In this document: positions 11,336 through 23,647 of the stretch, in pieces | How the letters are laid out: each line of letters starts with the position of its first letter | Numbering within the stretch: the first letter of the stretch is position 1 | Assembly: GCA_038087875.1 (NCBI GenBank) | Contig: CM075988.1 | Span: forward strand, 21,640,001 to 21,704,000 | DNA length: 64,000 bases | Source: Malacoraja senta | Taxonomy: Eukaryota | Reading direction: 5' to 3' | The notes under the pieces: generated by a model | Seen by the model: the letters and a program-made list of their open reading frames with translations, nothing else | The model's database searches: none | What the model was told of the DNA's origin: nothing | Translations under genes and position numbers: made by a program

Positions 11336-13509
11336 CACCAGTTACTCCAGCATTTTGTGTCTATCTTCGAGACAATTGGATGATGCTACAATCTATATTT
11401 GAACTGACTCTGATGAAATACCAAGGGTAAGACTGGTAAAGGCTGACTAATCTGATAGGCACAACAAGCTGGAGTAACTCAGCGGGACAGGCAGCATCTC
11501 TGGGGAGATGGAATGGGTGACGTTTCGGGACGAGACCCGTCTTCAGACTAGTAGATCCTACTAGTACTGGGGCAGCATTGCTCACTGTTGGCGAAAGAAC
11601 AGGAATAAAATCATTCCATTTTTTTAATCACCAGTTACTGACAAAAACACAGGCTGGGAGTTTTAAATTGGAGCATTTCCTGAGGATGGATTTTTATTGA
11701 TGGTGTCCGTAAAATCCTACTCAATCATGATGTACCTGCAATTATAATCTGTTAAATCTTCTCAAACAGCTAATGAGCCAGTAAACCATTATAAACGCAG
11801 AAACGTTGAGATGTCCATTAGTATTCTGTGGCTCTCTTGATAGAAGATGGAAAAGACATTTGGATATAACATAATTTAGGGATAGCACTGTGGCGCAGCG
11901 GTAGAGTTGCTTCTACAGCGCCAGAGACCCGGGTTCGATCCTGCCCACAGGTGCTGTCTGTACGGAGTTTGTACGTTCGCCCCATGACCTGCTCCGGTTT
12001 CCTCCCACATTCCAAAGACATACAGGTTTGTAGGTTAATTGGCTTGGGGATCAATTGTAAATTGTCACAAAACAGACACAAAATGCTGGAGTAACACAGC
12101 AGGACAGGTAGCATCTCAGCGGGACAGAGAGAAGGAATGGGTGACGTTTCTGGTCGGGTGCTTTAGACCGAAGAAGGGTCTCGACCCGAAACGTCACCCA
12201 TTCCTTCTCCCCAGGGAGGCTGCCTGTCCCTTTCAGTTTCTCCGCCACTTCGTTGCAAACCAGTATCTGCAGTTCCTTCCTGCACATTTCCCAAACCTTT
12301 CTCCCCGGCAGCGCTAATGCTTATTGGATCATCCCCATCCTTGCGTTTTTGTTTTCCTTCCCATTTGCATTTCTGAAGATGTTCCTTTTTGTTAGTAAAC
12401 GGTTATTGTCCGGGAAGGGAAAGCTGTGTAAGGTGTTACACGCCGAAAAAACAATGATATGTCCACTGCTGGCAGCCGCAGATTAGATGTTGAAGTGGAA
12501 TTGGCTGCAAGATAGCCTAGCATCAGGAGCCATGACTGTAATGCAAGAGTCCAAGCAACTGAGTGAGATTTGATTTGACTGCTTTGCCAAGGATTTTCAA
12601 GGACGAACCATTAAGCTGCCTGTGAAATTAAATGCTCTATTGAGAATAGTTCGAATAAAAACAACAGCGGTGGATGTCATGTATTGCAGCCCAGAATGAT
12701 TATACACATCAGGTGCAGATGTTAACCCTGTGTTCAGGCCCACTGATCTAGGATAAACAAGGCAAAGTGGTACGTTATGTGTTTAGTTTAGTTTGGTTTA
12801 GTTTAGTTTAGAGATACAGAACGGAAACGGGTCCTTTGGCCCACCGAGTCCATGCAGACCAGTGATCCCTGCACATGAACACTATCCTACACAGACTAGG
12901 GACAATTTTTACATTTACACCAAGCCAATTAAACTACAAACCTGCACGTCTTTGGAGTGTGGGAGGAAACCGAAGATCTCGGAGAAAACCCACGCAGGTC
13001 ACGGGGAGAACGTACAAACTCCGTACAGACAAGCACCCGTTGTCGGGATTGAGCCCGGGTCTCCGGCGCTGCATTCGCTGTAAGGCCGCAACTCTACCGC
13101 TGCGTCACCCTGACCGCTAAAGATGTGGGACAAAAGGATTGAAGAGTTATGAATTGTGAAGCTGGAGGAAGGAATGTTGACGGGTTGGGGGGGGGGGGGG
13201 GAATAGGTGCAGGCTCAGGTGCGGTTCTGGGAGGGGGAAGATAGGCGGAAAAATCTGAGGGGGTTGGGAGTTGTTAGAGGTTACCTAAATATGAAGAATT
13301 CAATGTTCATACCATTGAGTCGTAATCTATTGAGTACTGTGTTTACAGAAGTGTTGTGTTTACAGAAGCAAGTAAGAATTTATTGTTTCATTTCTGGACA
13401 TACTGTATGACAATTAAACATTCTTGACTCTCTTGACTCTTGAGGTAAGGACTTGTTGTTTTTTTGGCCTGTCAGCCTTAGCAGCAAGTGAGTCAGGGTC
13501 TAGTGGAGC

Positions 13510-14465
13510 GCCCATTTAGAGAGGGGCCAGTTTGGAGCGGCCAGTTTGAGAGGGGCCAGTTTGAGAGGGGCCATATTGAGAGGGGCCATATTGAGAGGGG
13601 CCATTTTGAGAGGGGCCAGTTTGGAGCGGCCATATTGAGAGGGGCCAGTTTGGAGCAGCCATTTTGAGAGGGGCCAGTTTGGAGTGGCCATATTGAGAGG
13701 GGCCAGTTTGGAGCGGCCATATTGAGAGGGGCCAGTTTGGAGTGGCCATATTGAGAGGGGCCATTTTGAGAGGGGCCAGTTTGGAGCGGCCATATTGAGA
13801 GGGGCCAGTTTGGAGCGGCCATATTGAGAGGGGCCAGTTTGGAGCGGCCATATTGAGAGGGGCCAGTTTGAGAGGGGCCAGTTTGGAGCGGCCATATTGA
13901 GAGGGGCCAGTTTGGAGCGGCCATATTGAGAGGGGCCAGTTTGGAGCGGCCATATTGAGAGGGGCCAGTTTGAGAGGGGCCAGTTTGGAGCGGCCATATT
14001 GAGAGGGGCCAGTTTGGAGCGGCCATATTGAGAGGGGCCAGTTTGGAGCGGCCATATTGAGAGGGGCCAGTTTGAGAGGGGCCAGTTTGGAGCGGCCATA
14101 TTGAGAGGGGCCAGTTTGGAGCGGCCATATTGAGAGGGGCCAGTTTGAGAGGGGCCAGTTTGGAGTGGCCATATTGAGAGGGGCCAGTTTGAGAGGGGCC
14201 AGTTTGGAGCGGCCATATTGAGAGGGGCCAGTTTGGAGCGGCCATATTGAGAGGAGCCAGTTTGGAGCGGCCATATTGAGAGGGGCCAGTTTGAGAGGGG
14301 CCAGTTTGGAGCGGCCATATTGAGAGGGGCCTGTTTGGAGTGGCCATATTGAGAGGGGCCTGTTTGGAGCGGCCATATTGAGAGGGGCCAGTTTGAGAGG
14401 GGCCAGTTTGGAGCGGCCATTCAGAGAAGGGCTAGTTTGGAGCGGCCATGTTGAGAGGGGCTAGA
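13510..14465. repeat. G-rich minisatellite of interleaved 14-15 bp subunits (TTTGGAGCGGCCAT / ATTGAGAGGGGCCAG / TTTGAGAGGGGCCAG)
   Basis: Directly visible ~950 bp tandem array; it explains the three overlapping ~290-aa minus-strand ORFs. Confidence 0.95.
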
Positions 14466-14484
14466 TCAAGGTGGAATCTTTGTT

Positions 14485-15008
14485 AAATATCCAATCCAAT
14501 CCAATCCAACTTTGTTAAGCACATTAAAACAACCAATGTTGACCAAAGTGCTGTACAGAAGACTAAACAAGACATCATAAACAGACAACATAACAGAACA
14601 TAACATAACAGCTCACATGAGACGCAAAAATTACATATGAAATACAACAATAAATTAAAAGACATAAAACATAAAACATGAGTAAAAATAATAGCCACGC
14701 AATAAAAGCAATCAAAAAAGAAATTAAATCAAGTAAATAAAGTCAACATCTTACTGGGTATCAAAGGCCAAGGAGAAGAGATGGGTTGTAAGAAGTGATT
14801 TAAAAACAGACAGAGATGAGGCCTGTTTAATGTGGAGAGGCAGATCGTTCCATAATTTGGGTGCCGACACAGCAAAGGCACGGTCCCCTCTGAGCTTCAG
14901 CTTAGTTTTAGGCCCACTCAGGAGCAGCTGATTATCTGACCTGAGAGAGCGGGCGGGTGTATACGGTGTAGAAGCTCAGATAGGTAGGGTGGAGCAAGAC
15001 CATTCAAG
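14485..15008 (-). mobile_element. L2 LINE 3' fragment
   Basis: Minus-strand translation resembles the L2 ORF2 C-terminus (GLAPPYLSELL…RSLRS…GDRAFAVSAPKLWNDLP…HLFSLAF); (ATTGG)n tail. Confidence 0.8.
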
Positions 15009-15190
15009 ACCAAGATCAAATATCACCTTGATGTGAACAGTGTAGAGAATCAAGGAAGACATAAAGTGCTGGAGCAACCCAGTCAAAGATGTGGTATGGT
15101 CCTGCTGTCAGATGTGGGGAATGATTGGCTTATAAAGCACACATTAACCCTTAAAGAGCAGATCAATTCTAATTATAGTGCTGTACTTTT

Positions 15191-16190
15191 AGAGATTAGA
15201 GATTCCTTTATTTGTCATTCAGACCTTTCGGTCTGAACGAAATTTCGTTGCCTGCAGTCATACATATAATAATAAATGACAAAACACACAATAAACACAA
15301 ATTAACATCCACCACAGTGAGTTCACCAGGCACCTCCTCACTGTGATGGAGGCAAAAGTCTTAAAGTCTCTGTCTCTTCCCGCTTTGTTCTCCCTCTGCG
15401 CTGAGGCGATCCAGGCTTCTGATGCTGTGGCCCTGCCGGGCGACGGTAAGCCAGTCCAGCGGCCGAATCCGTGCTCCGCGACGGGCCGGTTCAAACTCCG
15501 CGGCCCGGGGTGGTCGAAGCTGCCGAAGCTGCCGCCCTCCAGTCCAGCGGACGCAGCTGTAGTTGACCAACCTGTGACCCGCGCGCTCCTGAAGATGTCG
15601 TCCACTGGGCCCGCGGTCGAGCCTCCGGATTCAGGTCGCCACCAGTGTCCTCGGTCGCCACCGCCGGAACGCCACCGCCACCGCCGGACGCCACCGCAGC
15701 CCCGAAGCCAGCCAGCCTCGCGCTCCCGAAGATGTCGTCCACTGGGCCAGCTGCGGCCGAGCCTCCGGATTCAGGTCGCCACCAGTGTCCTCGGTCGCCA
15801 CCGCCAGAACGCCACCGCAGCCCCGAAGTTGGACAGCCCTGCGCTGGTAAGTCCTGGCTCTGCCTCCGGAGCCTCGAGGTCGGTCGGTCGCTCGCAGTTG
15901 GAGTTGGAGGCCGGCAGCTCGCAGTTGGAGTTGGAGGCCGGCAGCTCCGCCATTTTGGCCTCGGCGCAGACGGAGGCAGAGAAGGGGGACACGACAAGGA
16001 AAAAGTCGCATTCCCCCGAAGGAAGAGACAAAAGTCATGTTTCACCCCCCCACCCCCCCCCCCACCCCACACATACACAACCCAATAAACTAAAATTTAA
16101 CTGAAACAGGACAAAAGAAAACAACAACAAAAGTAAAAACAGACGGACTGCAGGCGAGCCGCTGCTGTACGACAGCGCCGCCACTTCCGG
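15191..16190 (-). mobile_element. Composite non-coding GC-rich retroelement with Rex1-like 3' tail (copy A)
   Basis: Both ends are homologous to 22741-23647. Minus-strand tail TTTCGTTCAGACCGAAAGGTCTGAATGACAAATAAAG is followed by a short tandem tail. The centre has internal ~135-bp and 27-bp duplications. Confidence 0.75.
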
Positions 16191-17950
16191 AAGTGGCGGC
16201 GCTGTTCAATGTTCCATGTGAAATAACAAAAGTGCAATGTTAGAGAGGTGTTGCTGCTGGATTTATTTCCACACAGCCTTAACTAAACACTATTCATGTT
16301 ATTCCATTTATCATGTGTCTGTACACTGGGGATGGCTCGATTGTAATCATGTATTGTCTATCCGCTGACTGCATAGCACGCAACAAAAAGCTTTTCACTG
16401 TACCTCGGTAAACGTGACAATAAACTAAACTCAACTCAACTGATTAAGTTAATTTCCCTGAGTGGGAAATATTATAAAGATGAAAAGACCAGACTGGCAG
16501 ACTGTCCAAATGTTTCTTAAATCTTGTGATATTCCCTGCCTCAACTACCTCATCCGGCAGCTCGTTCCATACACCCACCACCCTTTGTGTAAAAGAGTTA
16601 CCTCTCAGGTTCCTAGTAAATCGTTTATAAAACCTCTATAAAATCCCCCCTCACCTTTAACCTATGTCCTCTGGTTCTGGAGTTCTCCGGCCTTCATGGC
16701 GATAATCTCACTCATAGAGTCATAGATTCTTACAGCATGGAAACAGTCCTTCTGTCAAGTTGCCCACACTGTCCAACATGTCCTACACTAGTACCACCTG
16801 CCTGCATTTGGCCCATATCCATCTAAACCTGTCCCATCCATGTACCTGTCTATGGACACAAAATGCTGGAGTAATTCAGTGGGACACAACGTCACCCATT
16901 CCTTCTATCCAGAGATGCTGCCTGCCCCACTGAGTTACTCCAGCATTTTCGTGTAAACCAGCATCTGCAGTTCCTTTGCGTGAAAAAGTCACCTATTAAA
17001 TCTTTCCCCCCCCTCACCTTAAACCCACCTTCCCCCCCCTCACCTTACACCCATCTTTCCCCACCTCACCTTAAACTCTGGGCAAGAGACTCTGTGCGTC
17101 TACCCCGATCTATTCCTCTCATGATTTTCTACACCTCTATATGATCACCCCTCATCCTCCGGCGCTCCAGGGAATAGAGTCCTGACGGTTTTTGCACCAG
17201 CCTTGGGAACTGATAGGGTTCCTCTGCGAACGTGAAGATCAGTCAAGGGGAGGCCTAGATCTGGGCAAAACATAAACCATCAAAGCCCAGAGAATTTCTG
17301 AACAGGATGTGCTGGTCACCCCTAATTAATTCAGAACGTCTGCATGTAGAAGGATTTTATTCCAGGATTATGTCTAACAAAAAACAGCTTGGTAATAATA
17401 CCTGCAAGTCCAGAATCAGAACCTGCGACATGAATGCAGAAATGTGCAGTCAGTTAATCCCTCCCGCCAGCACGGCTTCAGTCTCGGGGGTGCAGGATGT
17501 TGATTGAGCGCTCTGTGAAGTTTGGAGTGGGTGTGGGAGAACAGAGAAGCCTGCATTTACAACTTATTCACAGTATTAAACAGCACTCCCCTCCCTTCAG
17601 CACCCAATACAAGGAGATGTCCATATACTGTAAGTGGACGCAACTTAGTTTAGTATAGAGGTTAGAGATCACAGCGCAGAAACAGGCCCTTCGGCCCACC
17701 GAGTCCGTGCCGACCAGCGATCACTTCGTGCACTGATTCTACCCTGCACACACTAAGGACAATGTTACACTTTTCCCAAAGCCAATTAACCTACAAACCT
17801 GCGCGTCTTTGCAATGTGGGAGGAATCTGGAACACCCGGGGAAAACCCACGCAGGTCACGGGGAGAACGTACAAGCTCCGTACAGACAGCACCCGTAGTC
17901 AGGATCGAACTTGGGCCTCTGGCGCTGTGAGGCAGCAACTCTACCACCAT

Positions 17951-18326
17951 GCATATAAGATTGTTAAGGGCTTGGACACGCTAGAGGCAGGAAACATGTT
18001 CCCGATGTTGGGGGAGTCCAGAACCAGGGGCCACAGTTTAAGAATAAGGAGTAAGCCATTTAGAGCGGAGACGAGGAAACACTTTTTCTCACAGAGAGTG
18101 GTGAGTCTGTGGAATTCTCTGCCTCAGTGGAGGCAGGTTCTCTGGATGCTTTCAGAGAGAGCTAGATTGGGCTCTTAAAAATAGCGGAGTCAGGGGATAT
18201 GGGGAGAAGGCAGGAATGGGGTACTGATTGGGGATGATCAGCCATGATCACATTGAATGGCGGTGCTGGCTCGAAGGGCCGAATGGCCTACTCCTGCACT
18301 TATTATCTATTGTCTATTGTCTATTG
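17951..18326 (+). mobile_element. CR1 LINE 3' fragment
   Basis: YKIVKGLDTLEAGNMFPMLGESRTRGHSLRIRSKPFRAETRKHFFSQRVVSLWNSLP; (CTATTGT)n tail. Confidence 0.9.
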
Positions 18327-19365
18327 TGCCACCCTGTGCTGCCTGGCACATTCCTGGCTATCGGTCTACTTGATAAGGGATGCACTGGAGGTTAGTCAGG
18401 TTATTGCAACACCTTGGGTCTTGGTGCCACTGGCCCCTGAGGGACTGGGTCCTGCGATACAACCCTGCAAACACTCGAAGGGTGCGCTGTTTAAAGATAC
18501 CTCGTGCGTGACATTGGTCCTCTGTCCACACACTGCATTGACTCAAAGACACTGCGACTATATTGATCTGACAACACCATTAATTTATAAACTAAGCAAC
18601 ACTATGAATGCAAAGAAAGCCACATGTTGTTTTAAGCTGAGGGGGGGAAAGATGTAATAGGAACCACAGCGGTATCTACCACAGAATTATCTGCCTCAGA
18701 AGGCAGTGGAGGCCAATTCTCTGGATGCTTTCAAGAGAGAGCTAGATAGAGCTCTTAAAGATAGCGAATTCATCAAGGTATGTGGGGAGAAGGCAGGAAC
18801 GGGGTACTGATTGTGGATGATCAGGCATGATCATAGTGAATGACGGTGCTGGCTCGAAGGGCGGTATGGCCTACTCCTGCACCTATTGTCTATAACACGA
18901 TGGGTGGTAGGGGCCGGCACGGTTGCGCAGCGGTAGAGTTCTGCCTTACAGCGCCCGAGACCCAGGTTCAATCCCGACTACGGGTGCTGTCTGTATGGAG
19001 TTTGTGCGTTCACTCCGTGACCTACTTGGGTTTTCTCCAGGTGCTCTGGTTTCCTCCCACACTCCAAAGACGTACAGGTTTGTAGATTAATTGGGTTCTG
19101 TAAATATTGCAAATTGTACCTAATGTGTAGGATCATAGCCTCAGAATTAAAGGACGTTCTTTTAGGAAGGAGATGAGGAGAAATTTCTTTAGTCAGAGAG
19201 TGGTGAATCTGTGGAATTCTTTGCCACAGAATGTTGTGGAGGCCAATATATCAGTGGATATATTTAAGGCAGATTCTTGATTAGTACGGGTGTCAGAGGT
19301 TATGGGGGGAAGACAGGAGATTGGGGTTAGGAGGGGGAGATAGGTCAGCCATGATTGAATGGCGG

Positions 19366-19716
19366 AATAATAATAATAATAATAATAGATTTTATTTATA
19401 TAGCGCTTTTCAGGACTCAAAGTCGCTTTACAATTGAGAGTCAGGAATAAACAAAACAAAATAGAGCAGTAAGACAGAGGGGAGGGGAACATGGCACTAA
19501 GGGTATGCAGAGGTGAAGAGATGGGTCTTGAGGCGGGACTGGAAGATGGTGAGGGACTCAGAATTTCGGACCAGTTGTGGGAGGGAATTCCAGAGCCTGG
19601 GAGCTGCCCTGGAGAAGGCTCTGCCTCCAAAAGTGCAGAGGTTTGCTTTCGGAGTGGAGAGGAGACCAGCTGATGTGGATCTGAGGGACCGTGAGGGTTG
19701 GTAGGGGGAGAGGAGG
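19366..19716 (-). mobile_element. L2 LINE 3' fragment nested in a CR1 3' UTR
   Basis: Minus strand reads …PSRSLRSTSAGLL…GGRAFSRAAPRLWNSLP…LKTHLF, then AAGCGCTATATAAATAAA and (TAT)n. CR1 sequence resumes on both sides. Confidence 0.8.
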
Positions 19717-20104
19717 CTAAATGGGCTGAATGGCCTAATTCTGCTCCTATCACTTATGACCTTATGATAGTGATAATGTCCAATATAGACCCGGTGTGCC
19801 GAAGGGCCTTTTTATTGTGTTGTATCTCTAAACTAAACTAAACTAAAGGTACATGGAACGAGCTGCTGGAGGACTTACAAACAAAGAAATGCAGATGCTG
19901 GTTTAAACCAAAGATTAGGCACAAAGTGCTGGTGTAACTCAATGGGTCAGGCAGCATCTCTGGAGCAGGACAGGTGACGGAAGAAGGATCTTGACCCAAA
20001 ACGTCACCCATCCTTTTTCTCCAGAGATGCTGCCTTGGATAGGATAGGTTTAGAGGGATATGGGCCAAACGCAGGCAGGTGGGACTAGTGTAGATGGGGC
20101 ATAT

Positions 20105-21190
20105 TCTGTAGGAAGGAATGCAGATGCTGGTTTATACCGAAGATAGACACAAAATGCTGGAATAACTCAGCATCTCCGGAGAGAAGGAATGGGTGACATT
20201 TCGGGTCGAGACCCTTCTTCAGATTGAGGTCAGGAGAGAGGGAGATACATAGACAAGGATGTGTAAGATGTGAAAATAGGACAAAGGTGATGGAGATCAA
20301 GGAACATGTATAGATATTTTTAACTGGGAGAAGGTAACAAAATAAACAGATAAAATGTAGTCGGAGACAGTAAGACTGGTTGGAGAACTGGGAAGAGGGA
20401 AGGGATGGAGAGAGAGGAAAACCTGGGAAAACTTGAGGTTCGGGAAGTCAATGTTGGCACTGCTGGGGTGTAAACTGCCCAAGCGAAATATGAGGTTCTG
20501 GTCGTCCAATTTGCACTGGGCCTCACTCTGACAGTGAAGGAGGCCCAGGACAGAAAGGTCAGTGTGGGAATGAGAGAGGGAGTTAAAAGTGTTTAGCAAC
20601 CGGGAGATCAGGTAGGCTTAGGTGGACTGAGCAGAGGTATTCAACAAAACGATCGTCGAGCCAGCGCTTGGTCTCGCCGATATACAGGAGTTGACACCTG
20701 GAACAGTGGATACAGTAGATGAGGTTGGAGGAGGTGCAAGTGAACCTCTGCCTCACTTAAAAAGACTGTCGGGGTCCTTGGATGGAGTCGAGGGGGGGAG
20801 TACAGGGACAGGTGTTGTATCTCCTGCAGTTGCAGGGGAAAATACCTGGGGAGCGGGTGGGAAGGGTAGGAAGGGACGTTGACCAGGGAGTAGCGGAGGG
20901 AACGGTCTCTGCGGAAGGCGGAAAGCGGTGGAGATAGGAAAACAAAAGTGCTGGAGAAACTCAGCGGGTGCAGCAGCATCTATGGAGCGAGGGAAATAGG
21001 CAACGTTTTCGTGGCTCGTGGTGGGAACCCGTTGGAGGTGGCGAAAATGTCGGAGCGTCATGTGCTGTATGCGACGGCTGACGGGGTGGAAGGTGAGGAC
21101 TAGGGGGGGCTCTGTTCCTGTTATGAATGGGGGGGAGGGGGAGCAAGAGCGGAGCTGCGGGATATCGAGGAAACCCGAGTGGGGGCCTCA
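20105..21190 (-). mobile_element. Penelope-like element fragment (Cys-rich linker, GIY-YIG endonuclease, 3' terminal module with hammerhead)
   Basis: Degenerate PGIFPCNCRRYNTCP…FTCTSSNLIYCIHCSRCQLLYIGETKR. The hammerhead core at 20195-20222 lies downstream on the same strand. Confidence 0.85.
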
Positions 21191-21954
21191 TCTATGGTCG
21201 GCGTGGGCAAGTTGGTCCGAGTGTCTGTTTCCACGCTGTCTGACTCTCTGACTGGAGGTTTCCTATTTCTTTTTGCATATTTTCTTGTGAGTAATGTTTA
21301 ATTTTGAGATAAAATATGTGAAGGGAGCCTGTATTCTGCAGCTCCCTCGCTTCTCGGGGGACAGAGTCACCGTTCTGTGATGAAAATCTTCCTGCAGATT
21401 TTGAACCCATGGCTCGAGGGTATGGAAATGATCGAGGCTGAGACATGACAGCGTCTATTTATAGCTGAGCACGGGTTTAACCATTAATTTGAATCTTTAT
21501 CTGGCCCAACTTGCGCATCATTTCTCAATAGTAAATCAAGTCCTTAGTAACACTGCAAACAATTATTTGCATAAACAGCAAACGCCTGAAAACGTAATCA
21601 TTATCTGAGCAAAAAAAAAATCAATTGCACATCCATTTATCGTAAGTAATACTGCAGAGTGGTGCATTAAAAATGGAAATGCCAACTAATTCAAACTGTA
21701 ATTTTGAATTATGGGATTAATAATAATTTGACTAATTATTGCCAATGTAATAATCGGGATGTTAATGCTTCCAATTTAACAAATGAAGCATTCACAGACC
21801 CCAGTGTGTAAAAAAAACCCACTGTTCACACAGTATTCTGCACCTTTCAACCTATTTGCTAAAATATCTCAAAGGAATTTATCGCAAAAAGATAAAGCAT
21901 GCAGGTTTTCCAGTGATCATTGTGTAGGAAGGAACTGCAGATGCTGGTTTAGTT

Positions 21955-22500
21955 CATAAGTGATAGGAGCAGAATTAGGCCATTCAGCCCATCAAGTCTA
22001 CTCCGCCATTCAATCATGGCTGATCTATCTCTCCCTCCTAATCCCATTCTCCTACCTTATCCCCATAACCCTTGACACCTGTTGTAATCAAGAATTTGTG
22101 ATTCTTTGAATTAAAAATATCCATTGACTTGGCCTCCACATCCTTCTGTGGCAATTGATTCCACAGATTCACCACCCTCTAACTAAAGAAATTCCTCCTC
22201 ATCTCCTTCCTAAAGGAACGTCCTTTAATTCTGAGGCTGTGGCCTCTGGTCCTAGACTCTCCCACTAGTGGAAACATCTACTCATACTCCATATCCACTC
22301 TATCCAGGCCTTTCACTATTCGGTAAGTGTCAATGATGTTTCCCCTCATCCTTCTAAACCAGCGAGTAGAGGCCAGTGCCGTCAAATGCTCATCATATGT
22401 TAACCCACTCATTCTTGGGATCATTCTCATCAACCTCCTCTCATGGACCCTCTCCAGCACCAAAACATCCTTCCTCAGATATTGAGCCCCAAAATTGTTG
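21955..22500 (-). mobile_element. CR1 LINE 3' fragment
   Basis: ORF track 22278-22517 (YLRKDVLVLERV…RMIP…YRIVKGLDRVD) plus 3' UTR. Confidence 0.85.
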
Positions 22501-22740
22501 ATACAGAAGACAGACACAAAATGCTGGAGTAACTCAGCGGGTCAGGCAGCATCTCGGGAGAAAAGGAATAGGCGACGTTTTGGGTCGGAAAAGCATCCAA
22601 CTCTAAATGTCACCCATTCCTTTTCTCCAGAGATGCTGCCTGACCCGCTGAGTTGCTCCAGCCTTTTGTATCTATCTTCCAGCAATCCTTGTTGCTTCCA
22701 ACCAAAGCAATCATCTACAGTTCAAAGGGAGACCAGGACT

Positions 22741-23647
22741 TAGATAGCCCTTTATTGTCATTCAGACCGAAGTCTGAACAAAATTGCAACAGTCATACAT
22801 AAAACAACAATAAACACATATTAACATCCACCACAGTGAGTCCACCCAACATCTCCTCACTGTGATGGAGGCAAAAGTCTTAGGTCTGCAGTCTCTTCCC
22901 TCCTCTTCTCCCTCTGCGCTGAGGCGATACCCCCCGGGCGATGTTTCCCGTGGCTCAAACACCGCGGCCCGGAGTGGTCGAAGCTGCCGCCCACCAGTTC
23001 TGCAGACGCAGCCGCTGGCCCGCGGCCGAACCCCAGACTCAGGCCACCACCGCCAGAACACCGTCCCAGCCACTCTCACGTGAGTACCGTGCTGTCTTCA
23101 GCCTCGGGCTGGGCCGCCCCGACATGGGCGCCGAACCTCCCCCCGGGCCGGGCCGCTCCTACATGGGCGTCGCTTCTCCCTCCGGCCGGGCTGTCCCGAC
23201 TTGGGCGTCACTTCTCCCTCAGGCCGGGCCGCCCCGACTTGGGCGTCGCTTCTTCCCCGGGCCGGGCCGCCCCGACTTGGGCGTCGCTTCTCCCTCGGGC
23301 CGGGCCGCCCCGACTTGGGCGCTCCCGGGAGCACTGTTCCAGCCCTGAGCCGGACCACCCTCACGGGAGCGAGCTTAAGGTGAGTCCTGACGGGCTCTGC
23401 CTCCGGAGCCGCGAGGTCGCCACCTCCATTAGGCCTCAGCGCAGACAGAGGCAGAGAATGGGAATACGACAAAAAGTCGCATTCCCTCGCAGGGAGAGAC
23501 TGCAAACCCCGTTACAACCCCCCACCCCCCCAAAACACAAACTAAAAACCAAAAACTAGACTAACCAAAACGAAATAAACAACACAAAAAACACAAACAA
23601 ACAGGACTGCCGATGAGCCGCTGCAGCCAGTGCCGCGCCGCCACTTG
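22741..23647 (-). mobile_element. Composite non-coding GC-rich retroelement with Rex1-like tail (copy B) and ~39-bp VNTR
   Basis: Ends homologous to copy A. Central GGGCCGGGCCGCCCCGACTTGGGCGTCGCTTCTCCCTC repeated about 6 times (~23100-23325). Confidence 0.75.

Noticed and set aside
13493..14420. Three 284-306 aa minus-strand ORFs
   Set aside because: All three frames are open because of the tandem repeat; the peptides are permutations of one another.
15343..16104. 253-aa Pro/Arg-rich ORF and overlapping ORFs
   Set aside because: These are stop-poor GC-rich repeat interiors. The frame is not conserved in the homologous copy at 22741-23647 beyond the shared end.
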